Positions 1-7,697 of a DNA stretch of 64,000 nt are shown here, one piece after another. Source of the stretch: Acidimicrobiales bacterium (GTDB lineage Bacteria > Actinomycetota > Acidimicrobiia > Acidimicrobiales > RAAP-2); assembly GCA_038210245.1 (NCBI GenBank), contig JBBQWW010000009.1, positions 2,037 through 66,036 on the forward strand, given 5' to 3'. Below the pieces are notes generated by a model. That model worked only from the letters and a program-made list of their open reading frames with translations. It was not told the origin of the DNA and made no database searches. The position numbers and the translations under genes are program-made. How positions within the stretch are numbered: the first letter of the stretch is position 1; every line of letters starts with the position of its first letter.

Positions 1-2
1 AT

Positions 3-428
3 GAGCTTGATCGAACGGAGGTCGACCTGGCGAGCGACGCCCGGCTCTTCCCCACGGAGACCGGCCCGGGCTTCGACCTCTTATCATCCGAAGAACTCGC
101 CGCCGACAAGGTACTCGCCGTGTTCGGTAGGGCGGAGGCCCGCGACTACGTCGATCTCATGTCCATCGAACCTCGCTTTGGCCTTACACGTCTCTTCGAA
201 TTGGCTCGCGAAAAGGACCGTGGCTTCAGTCCAGTCGTTTTTATCGAGATGTTGGATCGCTTCCCACGTCTTCGCCGGGACGAGTTCCCCATCGACGACG
301 TTCGGTTCGAAGAACTCCAGCATCGGGTTCGGGTGTGGCGAGTGGGTGCACTCGAACTGAGTTCGCCAGAGGAACGATCAGCGCAGAGGAGTGGGGCTCG
401 AGATACTGGAATGGACCTCGGGCACTGA
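3..428 (+). CDS. AbiEii/AbiGii-family nucleotidyltransferase toxin, C-terminal part (5' end lies outside the window)
   Basis: Frame 3 is open from the window edge. The translation ...ELAADKVLAVFGRAEARDYVDLMSIEPRFGLTRLFELAREKD... carries the conserved K-x(n)-GR-x3-RD-x-x-DL block of DUF1814/AbiEii toxins. Stop codon at 426-428. Confidence 0.7.
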   Translation, partial: ELDRTEVDLASDARLFPTETGPGFDLLSSEELAADKVLAVFGRAEARDYVDLMSIEPRFGLTRLFELAREKDRGFSPVVFIEMLDRFPRLRRDEFPIDDVRFEELQHRVRVWRVGALELSSPEERSAQRSGARDTGMDLGH

Positions 429-679
429 GCTCCGGACTCCGGATCTGATCAGCCACTGAGCAGAGCCAGAACCTGCCGGTCCCGATGAGGCATCTGAGTT
501 CTGTTGAGTCCTGAACCCGCCACTTGACCTCGCTCCCGAACCCAGGAGGCCCTGTTGGCCGTTGTCCTGCCGGTTCCTCAGCTCCACCGGTTCAGCTGAA
601 GGTCGCCAGCTACTCCCCTAACGTAACGCTCATCGGCGTTCCGGAGATTCCACTTTATGGCCCTGAAATGGCCTTTTCG

Positions 680-752
680 TGGAGGTGAACGGACTCGAAC
701 CGTCGGCCTCTACATTGCGAACGTAGCGCTCTACCAGCTGAGCTACACCCCC
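680..752 (-). tRNA. tRNA-Ala (anticodon CGC)
   Basis: 73-nt cloverleaf on the minus strand. Acceptor stem GGGGGTG/CACCTCC includes the G3:U70 alanine identity pair. D-arm is GCTC-AGCTGGTA-GAGC, anticodon loop TTCGCAA, T-loop TTCGAGT. CCA is not encoded. Confidence 0.93.
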
Positions 753-838
753 GGGTCCGCCCGAGATTAGCCGCCCGGGGTCCGGGTCCGGCACGACCCG
801 AGAAATCGGGGTCCGACCCATCGGCGGCATCCTGGGAC

Positions 839-3055
839 TCAAGTGGCCGAGGTGGTCGACGACGGGTCGGGCGTGGTGGTCGTCGGGGGTGCGGTCGTGG
901 TGGTGGTGGTCGGAGGCACGGTCGTCGTGGTCGTCGTCGTCGTCGGCGGCGGCACGAAGGTGAACATGCCCTGGACGCAGTTGGCCGGGGACTGGGCCAC
1001 GACGACATAGACCCCCGGCATGTTGGAGAAGGTCCACACGTTGAGTGGCGGGCCTACCTGCAGGCAGGCCAACGCCGAGGAGGTGGTGGCCACGGTGGAC
1101 ACCGTGCCCACGAATTGGGGAGTACCGGGCGAGGCCGGCGGTGTCACCGGGGTAAGGGGAACGGTCACGTAATTCCACACGGCGGTGGTGGCGAATCCGG
1201 AGCCGGGCGGAAGCGTCACCGTCGGACCGGTCTGGTAGTCCTTGGCCGGCGGGGCGTTACCCAGCAGCGCGGCCAGGTTGGCCGGGTCGTTGCCGTCCAT
1301 ACCCAGGGCCCAGATCCCCAGACCGGCGATGTGGAACGAGTTGGCCAGCTGTGCCTTCAGGGCCAGCGATGTCGGATCGTCGAAGAAGGTCTCGTGCCAC
1401 TGGTTCCCGATCTGGTAGGCCGTCCAGGGTGTCTGGGTGGTGGGATCCCAGTACGTCGGATGCCCGGACGAAGAGATCACCCCGTAGCTGAGCGGCGACT
1501 CGCCTCCGGTGGCCTGGGCCGTTCTGGTCCCGTCCGTCGTCGGCCAGTCGTAGCCGTAGTAGGGGACGCCCAGGATGACCTTGCTCGGGGGCACCACCGC
1601 GGTGAACTGCTGGAGGGCCTCGGTGTCGTTGTATCCCCCACCCACCAACGGTGCGGTGGCACTCGGGACCGACCGGCTGTTCATGTCGTAGGCCATGACG
1701 AAGAAGCCGTCCAACGCCGGGGCCAGGGCAGCCACATTGTAGAAACCGGCGTTGTCGGCGGCGGCGCTGGCGTAGGTGGCCATAGTTACCTGCCAGTGGG
1801 GGTTGGCCGCGTGCAGGGCCGCCGACACCTGGGTGATCAAGGAAGTCAGCCCATTGCGGTCAGCACTCCCCTGTCCCTCGAAGTCGAAGTTGATCCCATC
1901 CAGGTTCTTGGCCGAGACGGCGGCGATCAGGGCCGCCGACAGCCGAGCCGGGGCCGTCGGGTCGGAGGTGATGGCGTTGAGCGAACTCTGGCTGAAGCAG
2001 GTCACGGTGAGGACCACGCGGTCCCCAGCGGCATGGGACCGAGTGACCAGGTTCACCAGATCCTGGCTCTCGTAGCCGTTCCAACCGGCGCCACTCTGGT
2101 TGAGCGAGCCGTCGGCATTGGCGTCCACACTGAAGTAAGCCAATGTGGTCAGGTCCTTGACGTCGAACCCCGCCGACTGGGGCAGCGTCCAGTAGGGGGC
2201 GTAGCCGAAGATCTCGTGGGACTGCAGCGGTGCCGCTCCGGCCAACGAGGGCGGAGCCGGCGCCGGCGTCGACGTGGCCGGTGGAAGGCTGACGGCGGGG
2301 TGGGCCCGCGAGGCCTGAACTCCGTTGCCCACGTTCAGGGCGTGGATCGGCGTGGGTTTGGCGTTGGCGGCCGCTCCGCCCGCAGATGCCTCGAAGGCCC
2401 GGCCACTGCCGGCCAACAGCACCAGGGCCAGGACGCCCACCACGATCGGCCCCACCCGTTGTCGGGCGAGACCTCCCGAGCGGTCTCCGTCGGGGTGGCG
2501 GATGGACGTGGCCCACCCGGTGGCCGCGGCCCATGCCCCGGCGGCCCCGGCCGCCAGAGAGGCCGCCGGCCGACCGGACGCCGGGTCTCTACCGGAGCCC
2601 GACTCCGCCTCAGCAGCCGCGGTACCGGCGGACAGCGCATAGAGGAACGGTTCGACATCGAGCATGGGGAGTACAAACCGGGCCCGGGACGCACCGTCAA
2701 GCCCCTCTCCCTCACTCCACTCGATCTCGACGACCCGCCCTACCGCCCCGTCAGGGAGCAGGGCTGGATGGGTGACGCTGGCCCCCACGACCGACGACCA
2801 GGGAATGAAGGACGGCACCGGCCCGGCTGATCCGTCCGACGGTGCCGACGACGACCCCACTGTCATACCCGAGAGGCCGGCCACCAGGTCGACCGGGGCC
2901 GCCGGCACCATGGTCACGGAGTCCGACGGGACGGCACCGGACTCGCCGGCGAACAGTGCCGGCTCCTCAGGGGTGAGGGGGAGCGCTCCGTGGACCACCG
3001 CTCCCTCTCCGGAACCAGGGCGTTCAGGATTGGGAGGACGGCGGAATGGTCTCAT
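839..3055 (-). CDS. Membrane-anchored glycoside hydrolase family 18 (chitinase/YaaH-like) protein with a poly-Thr/Pro tail
   Basis: 738-aa ORF. GH18 catalytic block LDGINFDFEG (a DxxNxDxE variant) and YYGYDWP are present. One TM helix (IVVGVLALVLLAG) follows a ~200-aa N-terminal region. The C-terminus is TTTTTTTTVPPTTTTTTAPPTTTT. Start codon is uncertain. Confidence 0.8.
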   Translation of the reverse strand: MRPFRRPPNPERPGSGEGAVVHGALPLTPEEPALFAGESGAVPSDSVTMVPAAPVDLVAGLSGMTVGSSSAPSDGSAGPVPSFIPWSSVVGASVTHPALLPDGAVGRVVEIEWSEGEGLDGASRARFVLPMLDVEPFLYALSAGTAAAEAESGSGRDPASGRPAASLAAGAAGAWAAATGWATSIRHPDGDRSGGLARQRVGPIVVGVLALVLLAGSGRAFEASAGGAAANAKPTPIHALNVGNGVQASRAHPAVSLPPATSTPAPAPPSLAGAAPLQSHEIFGYAPYWTLPQSAGFDVKDLTTLAYFSVDANADGSLNQSGAGWNGYESQDLVNLVTRSHAAGDRVVLTVTCFSQSSLNAITSDPTAPARLSAALIAAVSAKNLDGINFDFEGQGSADRNGLTSLITQVSAALHAANPHWQVTMATYASAAADNAGFYNVAALAPALDGFFVMAYDMNSRSVPSATAPLVGGGYNDTEALQQFTAVVPPSKVILGVPYYGYDWPTTDGTRTAQATGGESPLSYGVISSSGHPTYWDPTTQTPWTAYQIGNQWHETFFDDPTSLALKAQLANSFHIAGLGIWALGMDGNDPANLAALLGNAPPAKDYQTGPTVTLPPGSGFATTAVWNYVTVPLTPVTPPASPGTPQFVGTVSTVATTSSALACLQVGPPLNVWTFSNMPGVYVVVAQSPANCVQGMFTFVPPPTTTTTTTTVPPTTTTTTAPPTTTTPDPSSTTSAT

Positions 3056-3120
3056 GGGGAAGTTCTTGGGGAGAAGCGGTCGGCGCCTTGGTCCAGTCGG
3101 AATGTCCTAAAGACACTGTA

Positions 3121-3152
3121 AGTAGTTAGAATACTACTCTTCGCAGTATTCT
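3121..3152. promoter_or_regulatory. Nested palindromes in an AT-rich divergent intergenic region
   Basis: AGTAGT-N6-ACTACT (3121-3138) overlaps AGAATACT-N9-AGTATTCT (3128-3152). It lies between the divergent GH18 and PIN/TRAM genes and is locally far more AT-rich than the flanks. Confidence 0.4.
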
Positions 3153-3230
3153 GCCTGGCACAAGGGTGTTCTCACTGCCGCCCTACCCAATCTAGAGGGG
3201 CATGAGGTGGTTGGAAAAGGGGCGTAACTA

Positions 3231-3260
3231 AAGAATTACCTTCTCCTTCCGACAATTACC
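3231..3260 (-). promoter_or_regulatory. Direct repeat GGTAATT x2, spaced 20 bp (minus-strand reading)
   Basis: The minus strand reads GGTAATTGTCggaaggagaaGGTAATTCTT. The 10-mer GGTAATTGTC recurs at 26504-26513. Confidence 0.3.
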
Positions 3261-3346
3261 GTGCAGGCCGTCGTTCCGTGGCGAAATCAGACTGGTCACC
3301 ATGAAGCCGTTCCCCCTACACCGCAGCCGGCCGGGCCGGTAGCCCG

Positions 3347-4420
3347 ATGATCTTCGTCGAGGGCTTCCGCCTGCTCTTCGTCCTGGCCGGATCAGCCGCC
3401 GGATTCGAGATCGGCCGCCACACCGGGTCCAGCCCCCATGCACCGGTCATCGGCCTGCTGCTGGGTGCCGCCATCACCTACGTCCTGGGCGGAGTGGCCG
3501 GACGGCTGGCCGACCGGGGGCTGCAACACGCTGTCTTCCTCTTCCGCAACACGCCCCCCGGGGAGATCTTTGCCGCCTCCATCATCTCCACGACGGGGAT
3601 GCTGCTCGGACTGGTAGTGGGTCTACCCATCCTGTTGCTGGCCCGGTCGGGCTTCACCCTCCTCTTGATGGCCGTGGTGTCCTGGGTGCTGGCCACCCTG
3701 GGTTGGCGGCTGGGATCAGTGAAAGGGCGCCAGATCATCGCCGCCGCCGGCCTGACCCGCATCCTGGCACCCCCCTCCACTCCTCCCCAGGGACACGCTC
3801 TACTGGTGGACGGCTCAGCCATCATGGACCGCTACCTCATGGTGCTGGGTCGGAACGGGCTGCTACCCGGAGGGCTGGTGATCCCCCAGTTCGTGATCGA
3901 CCACTTGCAGGCGGTGGCCGAATCCCCCGACCCGGTCAGTTCACGACGGGCCCGACGCGGTCTGGAGACCATCGAGGCCCTACGCGAACTGTCCGTGCCC
4001 GTGCATGTGGCCCGGGACGAGGTTCCCGAAGTGGACGATCTGGTCATCAAGTTGCTGACCGTGGCCCGCCGGGCAGGACTGCGGATCGGGACCTGTTCCA
4101 GTGCTGTGGTGGACGAGGCCGGGCGATGGGACGTGGCCGTCGTCGACCTGCGCGACGTGGCCCACGGCCTCAGCCCCGAACATCTGCCCGGGGAGCGGTT
4201 CGAGGTGGAACTCATCCGGGAGGGCCGTCAACCCCGCCAGGCCATCGGCTATCTCCCCGACGGCGACATGGTGGTGGTCAACGACGCCACCCACATGGTC
4301 GACCAGGGATCCGTCGAGGTGACCGTACTGTCCACCCGGCCTACCAGCCAGGGTGTCATGGTCTTCGCCAAGCTGGCCACGGATAAGAGGGTGTCGCCCG
4401 AGCTCAGCCACCTCGACTGA
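3347..4420 (+). CDS. PIN/TRAM domain-containing membrane protein (YacL-like)
   Basis: 357 aa. N-terminal TM helices, a PIN-like segment (ALLVDGSAIMDRYL) and a C-terminal TRAM-like beta-rich segment (GERFEVELIREGRQPRQAIGYLPDGDMVVV...VEVTVLST). Confidence 0.8.
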   Translation: MIFVEGFRLLFVLAGSAAGFEIGRHTGSSPHAPVIGLLLGAAITYVLGGVAGRLADRGLQHAVFLFRNTPPGEIFAASIISTTGMLLGLVVGLPILLLARSGFTLLLMAVVSWVLATLGWRLGSVKGRQIIAAAGLTRILAPPSTPPQGHALLVDGSAIMDRYLMVLGRNGLLPGGLVIPQFVIDHLQAVAESPDPVSSRRARRGLETIEALRELSVPVHVARDEVPEVDDLVIKLLTVARRAGLRIGTCSSAVVDEAGRWDVAVVDLRDVAHGLSPEHLPGERFEVELIREGRQPRQAIGYLPDGDMVVVNDATHMVDQGSVEVTVLSTRPTSQGVMVFAKLATDKRVSPELSHLD

Positions 4421-4533
4421 CGGCCTCGTTCGGAACTGACCGGCGCTGTGTCGTGGCGGACGGACCCGTGCGGAACTCTCAAGCACCCTCCATGAAGGGA
4501 GCGATCAACTCGCAGGGATCGGTAGTCGCGTCG

Positions 4534-5745
4534 CTAGGCGCCGATGGCCACGATCGGGGCGTTGAGGTGGGTGCCCCCCTCGGAGCCGTTGAACGTGGCG
4601 TCACCGAAGGTGAAAATGCCGCCGTCGGAGGCCACCATCCGATAGCCGTTGTTGGTCGGTGAGGCCTCCATGCCCACGATGGGTCGATTGAGATGCTTGT
4701 TGCCCATGGACCCCTTGTAGGAGGCGTCCCCGAAGGCGAAGATGCCGCCGTCGGAGGCCACCATCCAGTAGCCGTTGTTGGTCGAGGTGCCAGCCATGCC
4801 CACGATGGGCTGGTTGAGGTGCTTGTTCCCCATCGATCCCCGGTACGAGGCATTCCCGAAGGCGAAGATGCCGCCGTCGGTGGCCACCATCCAGTAGCCG
4901 TTGTTGTTGGACGTGGCCGCCATGCTGATGATGGGCGCATTGAGGTGTTTGCCGCCCATGGACCCCTTGTAGGAGGCGTCCCCGAAGGCGAAGATGCCGC
5001 CGTCGGAGGCCACCAGCCAGTAGCCCTTGTCGTCAGAGGTGGCGGCCATGGCCACGATCGGGGCGTTGAGGTGCTTGCCGCCCATGGACCCCTTGTAGGG
5101 GGCGTCCCCGAAGGCGAAGATGCCGCCGTCGGAGGCCACCAGCCAGTAGCCGTTCCCGGTAGAGGTGGCGGCCATCCCCACGATGGGGGCGTTGAGGTGC
5201 TTGCCACCCATGGACCCCTTGAACGGGGCGCCGCCAAAGGTGAAGATGCCGCCGTCGGAGGCCGACATCACATACGAGCCCCCGGCAGTGAACGGAAGAC
5301 TGATGGGGCCGCCACCGCCACCGCCAGCGCCGCCGCCGCCGGCACCGCCGCCGCTCCCGGTGTAGGTGAAGCGGGCCTTCTTGGCGGTGGTGCTACTGGT
5401 TCCCGCACTGGTGGTGACGGTGATGCTGACCAGGCCGGCCACATGGGCCGGCGTGACCACCGAGATGGCGTCGTGCTTGAGGAAGGTGAACGATGCGGAT
5501 GCTGTGCCGAACCTGACCGCGGACACGCTGCCGAACCGGTAGCCGGTGATGGCCACCACAGTGCCGCCGTTGGCCGGCCCGGTAGCCGGGGTGACCGTGG
5601 CGATGAGCGGCGGGTGCTTCGGAATCGGCGCCGCCGAAGCTGGCGCCGCGGTGACAACAGCCAGTCCGGTAGTGGCCACTACCGACACGATGGCCAGACC
5701 CGTCAGTTGCATCAAGCGGTCAGAAAGCGATCGCAACGTGCCCAT
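4534..5745 (-). CDS. Secreted IPT/TIG-domain protein with about 6 copies of a 42-aa repeat (propeller-like)
   Basis: 403 aa. Signal-like N-terminus (LAIVSVVATTGLAVVTAAPASA), IPT/TIG block (GPANGGTVVAITGYRFGSVSAVRFG), poly-Gly linker, then repeats of SDGGIFAFGDAxYKGSMGGKHLNAPIVGMAATSxxxGYWLVA. Confidence 0.85.
   Translation of the reverse strand: MGTLRSLSDRLMQLTGLAIVSVVATTGLAVVTAAPASAAPIPKHPPLIATVTPATGPANGGTVVAITGYRFGSVSAVRFGTASASFTFLKHDAISVVTPAHVAGLVSITVTTSAGTSSTTAKKARFTYTGSGGGAGGGGAGGGGGGPISLPFTAGGSYVMSASDGGIFTFGGAPFKGSMGGKHLNAPIVGMAATSTGNGYWLVASDGGIFAFGDAPYKGSMGGKHLNAPIVAMAATSDDKGYWLVASDGGIFAFGDASYKGSMGGKHLNAPIISMAATSNNNGYWMVATDGGIFAFGNASYRGSMGNKHLNQPIVGMAGTSTNNGYWMVASDGGIFAFGDASYKGSMGNKHLNRPIVGMEASPTNNGYRMVASDGGIFTFGDATFNGSEGGTHLNAPIVAIGA
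4560..5290 (-). repeat. In-frame tandem DNA repeat, period 126 bp, about 5.5 copies
   Basis: The block GCCGCCGTCGG recurs at exactly 4618, 4744, 4870, 4996, 5122 and 5248. The units are visibly very similar at nucleotide level. The array is entirely inside CDS 4534-5745. Confidence 0.9.
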
Positions 5746-5955
5746 GGTTACTACCCCCCGGAGGACTGCTCCCCCACAACACGGTCAACGGACCCCTCAC
5801 TGCCTGCCCCTGCAACCGGACCACGTTTTGTGGACAGCCGGAAACTAGGTGACGCGTCCGCCTGAATGCAATGGGTTCCACGCAGAGTGTTGGCCCTGTC
5901 ACCTGGGGCGATGGCCCCACGCCTGACCGACCGGCCCGGAACGAAGGGAGCCCGG

Positions 5956-7356
5956 CTAGGCGTCCTTGACCGCGGCCACCAGTTTGGCCAGCGTGTCCTT
6001 GGCGTCACCGAACAGCAGGGTGGTCTTGTTGTCGAAGAGCAGATCGTTGTCGATGCCGGCGAATCCCGGGCGCATCGAACGCTTCAAGAAGACGATGTTC
6101 TCCGCCTCGTCGGCATTGATGATGGGCATGCCGTAGATGGGGCTGCCCGGCGTGTTCTTGGCGGCAGGGTTGACGGTGTCATTGGCTCCGACCACCAGGG
6201 CCACGTCGGCGGTGGCCATCTCGGGGTTGGCCTCGTCCATCTCCTTCAGCTCGTCGTAGGGGACGTTGGCTTCGGCCAGCAGCACGTTCATGTGTCCCGG
6301 CATCCGACCGGCCACTGGATGAATGGCGTAGAACACCTCCACACCCCGCTCCATCAACAGGTCGGCCAGCTCTCGCGCCGTGTGCTGCGCTTGGGCCACA
6401 GCCAGTCCGTAGCCCGGGATGATCACCACCTTGCGGGCGTAGGCCAGCAGCACCCCGATGTCCTCGGGGGTTCCCGACTTCACCGTTCGGGTCTCCCCCG
6501 TGCCGTCTGCCCCTCCGGTGGCCGTGACCACCGAGCCGAACGCGCTGAACAGCACATTGGTGAGCGACCGGCCCATGGCCTTGGACATCATGCGGGTCAG
6601 CAGGATCCCCGATGCGCCCACCAGGGTTCCGGCGATGATCAGGAGGTTGTTGTTGAGGGTGAAGCCGGAGGCGGCCACGGCCAATCCGGTGAACGAGTTG
6701 AGCAGCGAGATCAGGACCGGCACGTCGGCCCCACCGATGGGCAGCACGAAGATCACGCCCAGCACCAGGGAGAGCAGCGCCGTGGCCACCAGCAGGGGCA
6801 CGCTGGCCGTCGCCACCGTGGCCACGGCCAGGACCACGATGGCCAGACCGACAATGGCGTTGATGACCTGTTGGGCCGGATAGGTGACCGGACGTCCGGT
6901 CATCAGCTCCTGCAATTTGGCGAAGGCGATGGCACTTCCAGCGAACGAGACGCAGCCCACGAGCACGCCGAACAACACCTCGACGATGCGGTAGACGGCC
7001 GGTTTGGCCGGAGCCTCGATAAGGAAGACCACCATGGAGATCAGTGCGGCCGCACCACCGCCCACTCCGTTGAAGATGGCCACCATCTGGGGCATCGCCG
7101 TCATCTTGACCTTGCGGGCGGCCGGCACCGCGACGACGGCACCGATGGCCATGGCCACCAACGTCAGAATCAGGTTGAGCGAGTGGGCCCGAACCTCGGG
7201 GTAGGCGAAGGTCATGCCCACAGCGACGGCAGCCGCCGCTGCGGCCAGGAGGTTTCCGTTGCGGGCGTACTTTGGGGAGCCAAGGCCCTTCAGGGCCAGG
7301 ATGAAACCGATGGCGGCCAGCAGGTAGACCAGATCGATCCAGGTGTTGAGAGTCAC
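5956..7356 (-). CDS. pntB: NAD(P) transhydrogenase subunit beta
   Basis: 466 aa. Polytopic N-terminal half plus a C-terminal NADP(H)-binding domain (VIIPGYGLAVAQAQH...ANVPYD...GANDTVNPAA). GTGA overlap with the upstream gene. Confidence 0.92.
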   Translation of the reverse strand: MTLNTWIDLVYLLAAIGFILALKGLGSPKYARNGNLLAAAAAAVAVGMTFAYPEVRAHSLNLILTLVAMAIGAVVAVPAARKVKMTAMPQMVAIFNGVGGGAAALISMVVFLIEAPAKPAVYRIVEVLFGVLVGCVSFAGSAIAFAKLQELMTGRPVTYPAQQVINAIVGLAIVVLAVATVATASVPLLVATALLSLVLGVIFVLPIGGADVPVLISLLNSFTGLAVAASGFTLNNNLLIIAGTLVGASGILLTRMMSKAMGRSLTNVLFSAFGSVVTATGGADGTGETRTVKSGTPEDIGVLLAYARKVVIIPGYGLAVAQAQHTARELADLLMERGVEVFYAIHPVAGRMPGHMNVLLAEANVPYDELKEMDEANPEMATADVALVVGANDTVNPAAKNTPGSPIYGMPIINADEAENIVFLKRSMRPGFAGIDNDLLFDNKTTLLFGDAKDTLAKLVAAVKDA

Positions 7357-7697
7357 TTGGCACCACCCGAGGGGGCGTCGCCGGAACCCTCAGTGGACTT
7401 CGGGGCCCGCTCGGTCGGCTTGGCCTTGAACATCTCCAACATCCGGTCGGTGACCACAAACCCACCCACGATGTTGAGGGTGGCCAGGAGCACGGCGAAG
7501 AAGGCCAGGGTGATCTGCACCGCCCCGTGTGCGCTCCCCATGATGATGATGGTGCCTACCAGCACGATGCCGTGGATGGCGTTGCTCCCGGACATCAGCG
7601 GTGTGTGCAGGATGCTGGGGACGGCGTTGATGACCTCGATCCCCACGAACCCGGCCAGGACAAAGACGGTCAGATACTCGAGAATTCCGGTGCTCAT
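7353..7697 (-). CDS. pntAB: NAD(P) transhydrogenase subunit alpha, part 2 (membrane)
   Basis: 114 aa. Three TM helices (LTVFVLAGFVGIEVI..., HTPLMSGSNAIHGIVLVG). It sits between pntAA and pntB with 4-nt overlaps (ATGA/GTGA). Confidence 0.88.
   Translation of the reverse strand: MSTGILEYLTVFVLAGFVGIEVINAVPSILHTPLMSGSNAIHGIVLVGTIIIMGSAHGAVQITLAFFAVLLATLNIVGGFVVTDRMLEMFKAKPTERAPKSTEGSGDAPSGGAK

Noticed and set aside
429-679. Search for an att-type duplicate of the tRNA-Ala 3' end, or a small antitoxin ORF, in the low-GC spacer
   Set aside because: Only a 7-nt match (CGGACTC) was found and there is no credible ORF. The region cannot be called an att site from this window alone.
880-960. GGT/GTC-rich low-complexity DNA at the GH18 3' end considered as a phase-variable microsatellite
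   Set aside because: The repeats are imperfect and simply encode the poly-Thr/Pro tail. There is no homopolymeric or perfect short tandem tract.
1115-2830. 571-aa plus-strand ORF antisense to the GH18 gene
   Set aside because: Arg/Gly/Pro-rich translation with no motifs. It is a typical stop-free shadow frame of a high-GC gene, and the opposite strand has clear GH18 motifs.
4560-5290. The regular 126-bp repeat array considered as a possible CRISPR or satellite
   Set aside because: There is no repeat/spacer alternation. The array is in-frame inside a protein gene and encodes the 42-aa blade repeat.
4479-5865. ORFs 4479-5237 (-) and 4693-5865 (+) with their own repeat patterns (GWWPPTAASSPSG..., GVPEGEDAAVGGHHPVAVV...)
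   Set aside because: Their periodicity is just the 126-bp DNA repeat read in other frames. The frame giving the signal peptide, IPT/TIG domain and GYWLVASDGG repeats is the real one.
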